Positions 41,631 through 55,302 of a stretch of 64,000 nt of DNA are shown piece after piece. Position 1 is the first letter of the stretch; each line of letters opens with the position of its first letter. Below the pieces are notes generated by a model, which worked only from the letters and a program-made list of their open reading frames with translations, had not been told where the DNA came from and did no database searches. Source of the DNA: Schizochytrium sp. TIO01 (Eukaryota > Protista > Bigyra: Labyrinthulomycetes); assembly GCA_004764695.1 (NCBI GenBank), contig SMSO01000005.1:1240001-1304000 (forward strand), given 5' to 3'. Position numbers and translations under genes: made by a program.

Positions 41631-44600
41631 AGGTGATGTGTTATGAAAAAAACTGTCTTGTTTCTATTTGTTGTTTACATCTCACAGGTGCTTCCTGGAA
41701 GTAAAGACGTACAGTCATTATCATGCCCTTCTTTCAACTTTCAAAACGATTTTCTTATTTGTGTTTTATTAAGTTTCTGCTCATCTCTCTTGGCATTAAT
41801 GAGAAGAGATTGAACACGCAAAGTTATTAATCGGATTCATGTACGTACTCCGTAACTTTGCATCACAGCACATATCCAACCTAAGATTGTTGTAACCAAT
41901 AGCTTGGCTTCATTTAGAGAATCATACTATTTACAAGCAAACTTGCATAAAGTAAAGGAAATCCCTTCGTAGTTGCTGAAAATGTATTAGCAAAGAGCTT
42001 CCCTGGCAGGTTTAACGCACCAGTTGAGGTTTACATTAGCGTAGCGTGGCAATTTAAAGTCAGGTAAACCTTTAAAGCATATATCTACATTAATGTCTCC
42101 AATTAAAAAGAAGCAATCAAAAGGACTTTCGAGAGTATCACTAACGACTTGCTGCATTTTCAGACTGTAGGCTCACTATCATAAGTTTCCATAATTTCAA
42201 CAAGTTTTAACTGTCTCGATTGAATGAATGAGCTATGAAATGAGTATTAGTCGCACCTTGCTTCATTTTAAGTATACATCCTCCTGAAGCAGCATGCAAT
42301 TTCATAATCTGAGCAGACTCTGATTTTAGGTTGTGGTAATGGCTAGCTTCGTTTGCAGCCTATATTTCGCATGCGTCTTGGATACTTATTATTAATTCGC
42401 AAACTATGTTTTTATCCATTCATAAAAGAAAGGGATCTTGTCGTTGCATATACTTTCAGCAATATGCTATATAGTGGCATAGAAACAAATTTGTTTACAT
42501 GATTAGAAACATACTTTAGGTGATAGATTAAAAAAGCAAGAATTTGAATTGTGATGAATCTCCTCCCATAAATTTGTATAACTTTCCCTCCGTTATGTTA
42601 AGTCTAACATCTGGAGAATCCAAAAGAAGAGACGTTTATACTGGCAAATAGATGACTAGGCCTTTGGATACACCAGACTCTTCTAATGAACCTCTTTCCT
42701 TAAACTTGAAATACGTTCCCTCCATAACGTCAAATTTAACATCTGGATTTCCAAACGAAGAACATTTACAATAAAAGTAATGCGTTAAAGATATATAACT
42801 AGGGCTTCGCATATATCAGACCTGAACTTACTTTTATACCACTTTAATCAGTTGTGAGCAATTTCCATACAGTAATCGATCTATCACGGTATACATTCTG
42901 AAGAATCTTGTTACTGCTTTGCAACCGGACCATACTAACAAATGCCATGGTGAGAAAGAGATAAAGAAATAAGAGCTACAGGCAAGGAACTATGGCTTCC
43001 ACTCATAGAAAATTATATCAAGACTTGGCATTAGTGTTGTGAGATATCAAAATCGTTTCTCCAACAAACACATAAGGTTCTAACAAAAATAAACTATTCG
43101 TTACAAGGTTTGACAATGCTTTGTGTCCAAATTCAAATATAGTGATAGCGACCTTTTCTATTTTGAATATGTAGAGAATCTCAGCTGCGAGACTACACAT
43201 TTATCCACAATTTCTATTCAATGATATGCCATAGTAGTTTGCCAGATAAAATTGACAGAAGGACCTCTTGAATGCTCCGTATAGATCTACGGCCATTGGA
43301 ATTGCTGTTGCTGATCTCTACAGCAAAGCGCTCAACAAAGTCATCGTTCTCATTGGTGCACTACCCTTGTTATGGACAAATCGTGTATAGTCTGGACAGT
43401 TATTCAATATGTTCCTTTGAATAAATGAGCTTTCGATCTGATTGTTAAGGCGGAAACATGCCATTAAGGAGTCAATCTACAGAATTATGTGAACTGAATT
43501 GTTCACCGAGACGCTTGTGGAAAAAATAGTATTGACTAATGGGACAGCTATCCTTAGAGTTTTGTATAGCAACTAGCGGGCTAGCTCGACTTAGGGTTTT
43601 GTATAGAAAGTTGTTATTGACCTGCTTTAAAGACATAGGAAATTCCGACTGCCATAGTAGGGATGTCAGCAGTACATAGCGTTATTGTTTTCGAGCTTGC
43701 TCTGAAAACGCGGGTGCGGAGGCAGAGCGCGCTGTTCGCGTTTCTCAATTATTCCAACTAATGACAGAGAATTAAATATTAAGTCGTATTCTGCCCCAGT
43801 GAGGTTGGGGTTTCTGGATTGACGTTAACATCATATGAGCGCTTGAGACGAGCCCTTTATGTTGAAGATACTATGAACAAATGAACAAGAACTTTATGAG
43901 AATGAAGTCAAACATTTAGTATTTCATGATTATAGCAAACTAAGCGTTTGGCGGGTAGGCAAGTAGCTCTCTAAAATAGAGATGCTTTGTGCAAATAAAA
44001 CGCAGCTGGAATAAGACGACCTATCAAAGTTTATATGCTAAACTTCAATAAACTTCTCTTCAAAATGAAACAGGACAAACAATAATACACATATTAAATT
44101 AAAACAAGATAAGGAGATGAGATGTGAGATAGACAGACATATTCTACCGTATATTTCCTCATAGGAGTTTGATGCTTAAACGTGCTCAATTGAAAAACCG
44201 ATAAAAACATTTACAACTAACAATATAGATGGGGAAAGCTGATGGTTCTTGTTCATAAACTTAGTTTTAAAAAATAGTAATTGAAGATACCTGTGACTAT
44301 GCTTTTTGATGAAGACCTTTCAAAAGATGTATTGTTGGTTACAACTTTTGGTTGTTGGCCAGTCTGTCGTATTAGCAAACGGCCTTCATGTCTGAAATCT
44401 CGTTTATTCCGATTCACGGGACTTGAAATAAGATGATTTTCGGACTCAAAGAAACTATTCACGATGCTTTGTGGTCAATTCCTTACTTTCACCTTTTGTC
44501 CTCTCATTGGTCATTGCTGTCGGTAATTCCACTTTAAGGCATAAGCGAGATGCAAGAGAAGGGGGCGAACAAAAAGCATCAACCATCCGTCAGTACCTAA

Positions 44601-47600
44601 GCGAGTCACTAATAGTAATTCGATTGGAGATTGGAGATACACTCGTTGGCTTGGCATGATATGGTGGCGACTTTCTGTTTATAATTCATTTTCTATTTTA
44701 ACTTTGTAACCAAACTTTTAGTCAAGAATCTACGTAGTACCAATATCTAAAGCTTACTTGAAACTTTAAAAGGAAGTAGGTAGGTAGATATACTTAAGAA
44801 AAAGGGTTCATTTATTATTCATTTAGGCCATTTTATTAATTGGACCAGCGACATGTGTAACAAAACTTAGCTGCAACAAGCAAAAGTAGCATCCGATAAA
44901 ATAAGAGATCTTGCTATGTCCAGCTGTTTAGTTTTCTTTTGGATATAATGGCCTCACATTCCTCACATTCAACGCTTTCAAGGATGATAGAATTAGTTTT
45001 TAAGCCTACTATTACTACTTCTTGTGTTCTATTTCTTTTCTTTTTTTTAAATTTAAAGGAAGAGAAGTACTAGAGTACTTCTAGGGTTTTCTTGTGTTTC
45101 GCGGTCTCAAGCGGGCTCGGGAATCTTGTTGTTAGATTTTACAGGTAAAATGTCTTACCGCTACCTTTTAGTTTATTGGCGAAAAAGGTATCTCCTGGCG
45201 TTTTGTCTTCCTCGTAGCTCAAAATCAACAGCTTCTACACCTAGCAATGATTATATGCTGTCTTGCGTCAAAACATATAATTATTAAGTTTAAAACATTA
45301 GTTACAGCTTTTTGCAAAGCTTTCCTTACCTTGTTTTGACATCTTATACTGCAATTAGTGTAACAAAATTGAGGAAATAGGAACAGGGGAAAAAAAAAGG
45401 TTAATAGACATACCACCCTTCTCCCACTAATTGTTGATGAGATAAAATAAGGAGATGACTTTCAGTGGTAAAAAAGTGAGTAGCTACGAATGAAGAACAC
45501 TCCAGAACGTGCCACCCCTCGCAAACAAAAAGGTGTAAAAATAATATGCAAGAGTAGAGGGGTAAGCATCAGCTCCACCCTGGCGCAGGTGGCCGAAGAA
45601 AAAGAGAAGGGTAGAGAAAAGAAGAAAAACCAGCATAAAATTGAATGCAAGGCCAGAGAAGGATAGAAAGCTCATGTGTTTCTGTAGCATTTGATCCTGC
45701 AAATTCTGCTGAGAGGACTTGATTGTCATTTCGCTCATTGACACTGTTGAGTCAATTCTGTGATTACATTTTCAGAATATAGTTACTTCATACAGCGTCT
45801 AAGGCATGGTTGATTATCGCGGATATTACCGCATTGGTGATGCCATCATTTTTACTAGAGTTTCGATTGCAATTGATATTACCGCCAATTCCTGCTTCAA
45901 TAAAAGGATAGCTACATCAACCAATTTTTTTAGTGCAAAACGTTGTAGATGATGAACTTTGATTTATAACGCATCCCAAAACAAATAAGAAAGGCTTAAG
46001 TACATAAATAAAGGGCATGCATAGTATGATCCCTGGGTTTGTGAAATATTCAAACACAATCATCTTTTACAAAGAATAAAAAGCAGAATACTTACATGGT
46101 ATAAGGTTCATTTTCCGGGAAAAGGGTTATATATCGTATAAGCTTGGAATTGCTTCGCTTGGAAAACATGCAGGACAATCAAGATCTCTGGAAGGCAATG
46201 ATTTCGCACAAGTTTGATTAATTCTAGGGATTTTAATAAGAATCAAAACTGTGCGACTTAAGTGACAGTCAAAGTGGTAGTGTAGATTTGAACGTTGTGA
46301 AACATTTCTGCACGGACATTCGTGCAAACGTTTCATCCAGTTTTCCCGGGGCGTTTACGAAATTTGAAGTTTCATAAATCCAATGTCCCCTCTTTAAGAC
46401 ACCGCACCGTGCAATAGATAATTTTTTTAAAACCGAAGCAGCATCAAAGCGTTGCTTTATCGCTCACTGCGTAATATAATATAAATTACCAGTAAGCTTC
46501 TCAATGCATAATGTTTCGATCATAGCGGGTGTCAATAGAGTGCCGTTCATGAGTCGAAGGTAAAGCTGAGACAAGAACACATTCGATACTAGCGAACTTA
46601 TTTCACTTTAGAGCTTGTCTTCGCAATCCTCATTTCGACACCGAGTCAAGCTAATTCTCTATTTCTTCTTCGTCAGCATTTCCCAAGCATTGTTTTCGAC
46701 ATCTGGTGTCAACAATACTACCAACTTCCAACTAGCGACAATAACAATGTTACTTTCTCTACCGCCTTAGTGATAGCTTTGACAAATGAGGGTGCACCCT
46801 CTGAGGAAAGGTAGAATGTTGCTATGGTGCGTAAGCACAGTCTATTTACTCTCTATAACACTTTAGGAAAACAAAATAAAAATATTTATTATATTTAAAT
46901 TAAAATAATTTGATTTTTTTTTTTTTTTAACACATGTATATATATTATTTTTTAAAAAAGCAAAAAAAAAAAAAAGCATCTTAATGTCCTATTAAACCTC
47001 TTAGAATAATAAAACAAATTAACTATAAATATGCATATAAAAAAGGAAAAGGGGCTGAAAGCACCACATATGTTGGCTTATGCCCTCTCCTGAAGTTTGA
47101 AGTTTAAATGTCCTGCAATGAGGCAATGTAGAGAAAGAAACAATATTATTGAAGTGCCGAAGCTGTGGCAAATTGAAATTTACTTGCAAGCAAATAACAA
47201 AACCGAAACTCAGAATGTCAAACAATATATAAAGACCTCCCCCCTCTCAGCTAGATTGCTTAATTTTAAAAGTCGGCTAAACGACGTTTTCCAGAATTCT
47301 TTTGATACTAAATGCTTGGCCACTCAATGACTTCCATACTATTAACCAATGCCATGACGGACGGAAAGGGTGGAGACGTGCTGGAAATGATAGATCCATA
47401 TAAACTATCATAAAATTTTCCAAGCGCAATACGATGGTTAAACGATTCATCTATTCTAGTAGGATAATTTATTCTGAAAATACCAAGAAAAAAAAAAAAA
47501 CACGCACACTGCAAAACGACCCCATCATAATCAATCAATTCAATAGCAACATATACCTTTGCAAAATGCAGAAAAATTAAGTAGTGAACTTAAGAATATC

Positions 47601-50600
47601 TCTTTCTCGCAAGAAATGTAACATTTCTAAGCCTTTATTTTCAGCAATTAAGAAGTAAGGGAAAGTATAAGCAACTATGAATGTTGAAAATTGAGTAGGT
47701 ATCTTTGAGCTGCTAATGCCTGCATGAACGATGTAAAGGTGAATAAAGCATCAGTTGTTGTCAGGCATGCATAGTAGCTTCGAGTTTGTATAACGTACAG
47801 CCTTTTTTAGTTTAGTCATAGCTGTTCTAAATTATTGATTCCATGAGATATCTATGTCCTTCAGAAAATAAATGCAACCTAGTTATTGCCATTTATCTTT
47901 ACAGTTATTTAGGCTGCACGAGTGAATTTGCATCATGGCAATAAAACTTCAATAAAAACTTGGCACATATTCTCGGGACACAACATTCAGATTTCCAACC
48001 ATTTCTTTTTTAGCTTACTATTGTTCAGATTGTTATGTGGCATATCCTGGGACGCTTAATATTTAGTCTGCCATGGAGAAACCGACACACTTTGATGACT
48101 TTATATGATGCACTTCTTCTGAAGTATGATTAGCGCTTAATAAGATAGTTGAACCCAACTCAAGTAGGTAGGTACGTATATTATAATTTTTTAAAGTTTT
48201 ATTTCTCTGATCGTTGTCCATTGATACTTCACAGAGTTAACAAAATTAATCTAATTAATACATAAAAATAACTAAGAAAGAGGCTGCATTCCATACTTGG
48301 CATACTAACCCCCCACGTATTCTTTGGAACCCTCTTTCAAAAATCAAGTAGGGGCATTTTTGGACTACCATTGCCCTTACTTGGTACCAAGTTTCCACAG
48401 CTGGCGTTTTAAGCTACCTTTTTTTTTTTTTTTTTTTTCCTGATCGAGCCGTTCCAGGTCGACTCTAGATCCTCTATTAATCATACGATTTCTTAGAGAT
48501 TTTTTTTTAAATAGGCGTAAGGAAGCGGATATTACTCATTCAAAAAGGAATAAAAATTTGACAGTTACTAAAAGGTCTTTATGTGAATTAATAGATAATT
48601 CAATATATGAACTATTCTTTTCAAAAATACTTTAAATCAAGCAAAGTATTATGTTTTAATTTTAAAACAATAGTTCTTGAAGCTTAGATCAAAATGATTA
48701 TTTTCTTTATTCTTTGAATTTTGCTGTCTGTATCTGAAAGTGGCAAAGCCAATCTCGTCCTAATCATTCGAAGGTCTCTACTCTATATCTGACGTTCCTT
48801 TTTTTCTTTTTTATGTGTATGGTTGAGTGAACTCCTGCTTTTCTTATGAAAAATCAGAGTATTTTCAGTAAACCAGTTGCCCATATATTAAAGATGCAAC
48901 ACCATCAAGATCTTGATTTGAGCAAGTCTGTTTTATACATAATTTTGATTCAATTTTATGAAAGCAAAACGTTGCGCGTGTCATGGAAGGTATAGATTAA
49001 TCATAGAATCCTAACTTCATTGGTTTCTTCTTCTCTTTGGAATTTACATAGTGTATCAACATCCAAAATCCCGTTTCACACCGGGAACCACTTCGTTATG
49101 GTGGCTCAGTTTAACTTATCTATTCATTCTTTCCCAGTTAGCAGCTCACCTTGGGCCTTATTGGAACATAATTACATCCTAGACGGAGTTATTCCCCGCA
49201 AAGGTAACGAGGTATTATGAGGATTGCATCTGCAAGTTCGCATAAATTGAAAGCAGCAGAGAAATTAAGCTAGGCTACAAGCAATGTTTCGAAAGATTTG
49301 AAGGGAAACTCTTATCTATTGATATTGATTTGCTTCGTAATCCTTATATCTTTACATACATATTAAAAAGAGACACACAACTTCGCTAGTGTAGCTTTGT
49401 ACTACAACCTCCTTAAAAAAAGTTTCGAACATAAGATTACTGCAAATTCATGGTCAGCTTGCTTTGATACTTGTAGAAGTGGAGTCCCTCGTAAAATTTC
49501 ATCTTGGAGAGAAATAAAGAAGTGCTCTGTAGAGAAACCTCAATAACGTTTTCATTAGTACAAGAAGAACATATGGAAGCTCCTGGAGAAAACAAAACTA
49601 AAGAATAGCTAATATGTTTTGCAAAAACTGAGCATGGCATATAATAATAATTATTATTATTAATCAACGCTTCTAATAAAGGTATCATCGTCTGGTTCCA
49701 CTCGCTTCAAAATTCACATTACAGCTTCAGTCGCAATTGTATACCAATTTCAAACCAGTGTTGATTAATTTGATAAGTTATTGAGTGGATAGTAAAAGCA
49801 ATGAAAAACACTCGCAAATGCGTTTGATATAGGATGTTCACCAGACTGAATAAAAGAAACGTTTTTGGCAACTAATTTTAGCAATTAATCAGACTTATTG
49901 AGTGCACGATTATATTCTTGATTCACATCCATAATGCTTGATGTTTAAATCTATTCTGTTGCTTAGCAAAATTCGTGGCTAAGGTTTTTAAAGATATTTC
50001 ATACTTGTTTATATGACATTTGTGAATAGCTAATTTATTATATTTTAACAAAAGAAGAAGCTAGCGATTGTAAATTAGATTGAAACTAAAACGCTCAGTA
50101 ATATCGTTCAAGAATCCTTTTTGAGCTTGACAATCCTCAATAATGTATGCCACAAGTGAAGTGAGTGTAATTGAACCCTTCGATATTGCTTTCATAGGTG
50201 AAAATGTAAGACTGAGCGTGTATGTTTATTTGTTCCCTGTTTAAAACGATACTACTGATTATTATAATTAAAAACACATTCAAAAGGAAAAAAATACAAT
50301 TTAAAATTAACATTTTAAAATTATTATTATAGTATATAAACTTTTTTAAGATTAAGGTTTCTACTTTAAAATCAGATTTGCTGTTTTTATTTGAAGTTAA
50401 AATTTATTAAACTTAGAAATCTATAGAGGCGAAATACTTACAGTAATAGTACTACTTACTAATTCTGATAATATATTGAAAGGGTGTATGGTGGAATAGT
50501 TTTATTTTGAGCCAACTATCATCATAGCATGAATGTCAGACTCAAAAGATAAAGTGCAGTCATCTTGTCAGGAGGACTATACAACTGATATTTTAAATCA

Positions 50601-53600
50601 TATGGAAATATGTGATGTCAAAATTGTTCTAGCATAATTTTGTAGTAGAAGCTTAGTCTGAAAAGCATTAAAGTTTGCACAGCCAAAAGCGACGCGAAAA
50701 CTTCTGTTCGGCATGCACTTTTGACACTTTAATCACTAACTCTTTTTTTTTCAGTGTACCTCCGTATTTCTACTTACTTATTTTGATAAGACTTTCATAT
50801 CACAGTTTTAGCCAATGCGTCTTGTTGATGTTTATTATTTGAAATATCTGTTCTGGTGAGTATTTGGTTACCAGTTAATTTTCTATTTTTTTTTTTTCAC
50901 ACCAATCATTTGAGAGTTGAAACATACGGCATTTACCGTAGGTAAGCTCTATACGTTTAGTTTGCATCGTTCGATAGTAGCAGAGGCTATCACGGGCCGG
51001 TTCAAGTACAGGTGAAGCTGGACAATCCGCAAAGTTATGAAATATTTGGGTGGGTGAGCTGATGTTTATAATTTAGACCAATAATTCTCAAGCATATCTA
51101 TAGAGTACTTAGAAGCTGAAGAAATTATGTGCTAGTCTGAATGAAGTATCTAGTATCTAGTGTTTAAATTTGAATAATAACCATTATTTCAAGTAATTAT
51201 ATATGTGGCTTCATGCTCTTTCTTCTAAGCAAAAGAGAAGAAGCTTAACAAATACACACCTTCTCATAGCAACTGGCTGTTCCTTTTGCTTTGCATTAAA
51301 CAGACCATACCCCGATAAAGTATGCTCTCTTCACTTTTCCATTCTGAAAGTAGGAGTTCCTATTGTTCAAACGGGCAGGCAATCTCACTGTATCTGGCTC
51401 AGGGTTTGTGCCCGAATCGACCAATGAGAAAATAGCATGGAATTCATGATTATCTTCCGACAATATTTTTGTGGGTCACCTCATTTTGTCTCAACCATAT
51501 CTGCAAAGTCAAGTTTCCTGACAAGATCGCGAGAACCCTCGAATGCACTTGACTTTAAGAGTATCTATTATCGCCAATTCAACTTTGAGTTGCTGTTGTC
51601 GTCAGGAATACGTATTTGCCCTATTTCAGCATAGCTTATAGAACTCGGTCTCGGGTGCAAAAGCTAAAGCCCTTCTGGACGCGTGTGAAGAGGCTAGTCG
51701 CTGCATTTTTAATACGGCGCAACAGGTCTTCTATGTGTTTCAAACTAATGACAACAGCTACTTTATAATTGTTTTAATGTTACATCTTTGAACTTTGTTA
51801 TATTGGCTAGGCCTAGTAATATTTTAACTTATTCTTTAAGATGAAAACTAAATCTGTGAGGTCCTGTGGATCAATATACAAGCCTAAGTATATATTAATA
51901 CGCTTAATATATATTTATATTAGGGTTACGGACAATGGCACAACGGCTTTGAAGTGCACATTTATGAATGAAACACTAAACCAAACTACCGTTTATACCT
52001 TTCGTTCTTATCTAACTTATCTGCTTTCTTTGGTTTCTATGAACATAATCAATGTGAGATCAGGGTAAAATGTGGGAATCGCAGAATCAATTTACAAAAA
52101 TAAAATAAAGGTCTTTAAAGCACTCAAGATACATTTTAGTGCTTACGCCGGTCAAAAGGCCTTTAAATAGACGCCTGAAAAGTTGGTTTGAAATCAAGGT
52201 TCTAAATACTAATTAAATAAATAGATTCAAGTATAATAATACATGCAGAATAGACCCTGTTAGGAAGTCTTCCAGCAAACTCTCTCTCATCAAACTCAAT
52301 ATCTAACAATTATTACGCATAGAAACGAAAAGTAGTGCTTAGCACACTATCATAATGATAATGGAGAGACTTTCGCTATTCCAGCTTCAAAATGATGCAT
52401 AATCTTTTCACTCGGTCGGGCACTCATCAACCCCAAACACGACTTACTGTGAAGAAAGGTCTTTTGCAAATTAGCAATGATACTCACTTCCATAAATTTT
52501 AAAGCCATTTCTATTATGATAGATTCTAGTTTAATAAGAAAATAAATCATAACAATCCATTGCATAAAGATATATTATAGCCAATATTTAATTTATTAAT
52601 AATTGAAAAATCAGCAGAGGGTTTTCTGCATATATTCATTCGTCATAATCATCTAAACCAACAGCGAAATGAATATAGGGTCTCGGACATTTATAGTTCA
52701 ACAATCAACCAATGGTGAAAAGACCCTTCAAATTAAGTTCTTCGCTAATATTACATATAAGAATTCTTCTACAATCTGTATTGGATGTAAAATTACTTCT
52801 TCTCACCTATACAGTGCCAGTTTACGAACATTTTCAAGCCAACGAGACAAGACATATTCAATTATGAGCAGTGCTATTTGAACTTCGAAGGAAGAAGAAT
52901 GTTTCGACTATATGCTGAGCATTGGACAGTGTTTCGTGCTCAACCTCTATCATCGGGTTTTTCTCTAATAGAGAAGGACAGAAAGAGAGATGAGGCTGAT
53001 GATATATTGCTAGAGTCGGTGGCTGCATTCACGTTGAACATTATTATTTATTTGGCAATCATATGGACCTACCTACCTACCTACATACTACCTATCTTCC
53101 GTGGTACTTTTAACAAAGCCATAGTATTTACCTACAAACCTGTACAGAATGGGTCACTTTCAAACCACTCAGGTATCTAATCAGGTGGCTGACAAACAGA
53201 ACCCTAACAGGTCTCTTTCAATTTGTTTCATCGATATGTTTCATTTCATGTTGTGTGGTTAAACCCTCTTGCGCATCGTCGATGCAACAATTTATTTAGT
53301 ACCATGGTATCATGGAATGTGTATTATCCTATGTATAGTACACAGGTAGTTCCAAGCTTTGCTGTCGTGTTTGGCTTCCCTGCGACTGCGTTCGTCGGAA
53401 ATCAGTAAGTTCTCTAACATTGTTGGAAAGAAGGAGATGGTTCACGGCATTCAAATATGGTGCTTTAAAGAAAACTAAAAAAAACTTGAAATAATGAGTG
53501 TGACATATTGCGGACGCACTGATTGGTTGCGAACAATGAGAGCTGGTAAAATATGGTACGGTTGCCAGCGAGGAGGAGGGCGGGAGTGCAGGGGACATGC

Positions 53601-55269
53601 AAACGTACTGTGATGATTGCATTAGATAGTTTTCACTCGCTTTTTTGGGCTTTATAAAACAAAAGCCTTAAACAGATGATGTTCAGCTGAATCCACGTGA
53701 ATATGCTTTGATCATCCTGGTACAGTTTGCGACAGCATAGCGCAGCTTGGCTACCATTGTTCGTTAGTCACAGCTTCCTTTTATCATGCGCGCTCTTCAT
53801 CTGGGAAAATCAGCGTGCAAAATTCAAACGTCTGGGAGCCTTATTAACTTAAAATTTATAGGAACTAGCCTAGACCCAGAATATTCTAATAGTGTATATA
53901 AATATATTTTTAATGTCAAAACCTGAATCATGATGCATCCTTATTAAGAAAGCAGGGCGGTGCTTTAGAAAAATGTACTCTACAGCACTGAATAGAAGCT
54001 GCTTAGTCCTGCTTGATCGAAATCGTATAATATTGTAGGTATCTGATAAGAGAAGCGGGATAGTAGTACTATATCTAAACTTCTCGTTAGGCATCTGATT
54101 TTTATTTGAAGAGTTAGTTTCCATAAATAGTCTATACTATTTTTCTCCATTAATTGCGAACAAGAAGGGTAATTTACTAAAATGCAGACTTTTTGAAGAA
54201 GATAGAATAATTGTGACGCAAGCTAGTTTTAATATGACCCAAGCCAAACTTGTGCATCTATTATAGGTTGTTTCGATTATCACAATGTATGCCCTGCTGG
54301 CTAATGTTAAATCATGCTAATCCTCAAGATTCTTGTCGAGGAAAGCTGTATCTTCGTCTTATGGATGTTGCCTATTAGACTAAAATTTTACGCAGCCTTT
54401 CCTAGAAGACGAGATGAGAAAAAATATAAGAAACAGAACAAACAGTACTACACTCTATCAATAATAAAAAAATACACTAAACCAGTTCTGTGCAAATACT
54501 AGCAAAATATGACTGATCCATCCTTAGTCTACGATTGCTTCATTCATGCAAGAGTAATTTTTGAATGAAATATTAGGACATCATCTATCCTATCCTATAT
54601 ATAATCATAAGCGAAGGTGCTGATTGTGTTAAAATAAAAAAAATAGCAACATCTAAGAGCGCCGATTGAGCTATTGCTTAACAAAGACTTGTACAATTTA
54701 ATTTATTGATTTATTTACTTTTCTTAAGTGCATGGTTGTAAACCAAAATGATGGCTAGTTTGTGTAACAAATAAGAACTAATCAAAACTAGAGATTTAGA
54801 AACCCTATCGCAAACATGTCAGCAGGAGACTGGTACCTAGGTTTGAGGTCCTGTATCTCTAGCATTATTTTTGCGTGAAATCAATGAGCAGCACATAAAT
54901 AGCGTTGTGATTCATTCAGACGTACGGTCTTTCCCATCGATTTGTTGCGGTCTGCTTCCAACAACAGTTTAGTTGTATTGCAGACATATACACTCGGTTG
55001 CTCAAACTTTAAGCAAATTTAAAGATTAATTTTATTTCGATGATGTACAAATTACTTTTCCCTTGTGAACTCTATGTAACGCTCGTATGAAAGTGCGTGC
55101 AAAGAGTGAGTTGTTATCACCTCTTGCAGAATGTACAAGTAAGTACAAGTAAAGGCATATATAACTTTGCAAACAAAGGTTCATATAGTTTTCACGTTCA
55201 CGATTATATTCATAAAGTTACGGATCATAGACTTCTATCCTTGACACCTTCTGCACGGTCCATAAGCTA

Positions 55270-55270
55270 G

Positions 55271-55301
<31 letters not shown>

Positions 55302-55302
55302 T
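55270..55302. repeat. (CTTT)n microsatellite
   Basis: Seen directly. Confidence 0.9.

Noticed and set aside
53494-53615. Small Cys-containing ORF (MSVTYCGRTDW...WYGCQRGGGREC) resembling a zinc ribbon
   Set aside because: About 40 codons with incomplete Cys spacing; compatible with chance.
53731-53800. tRNA-like start GCATAGCGCAGCTTGG
   Set aside because: No cloverleaf can be completed and there is no B box at a suitable distance.
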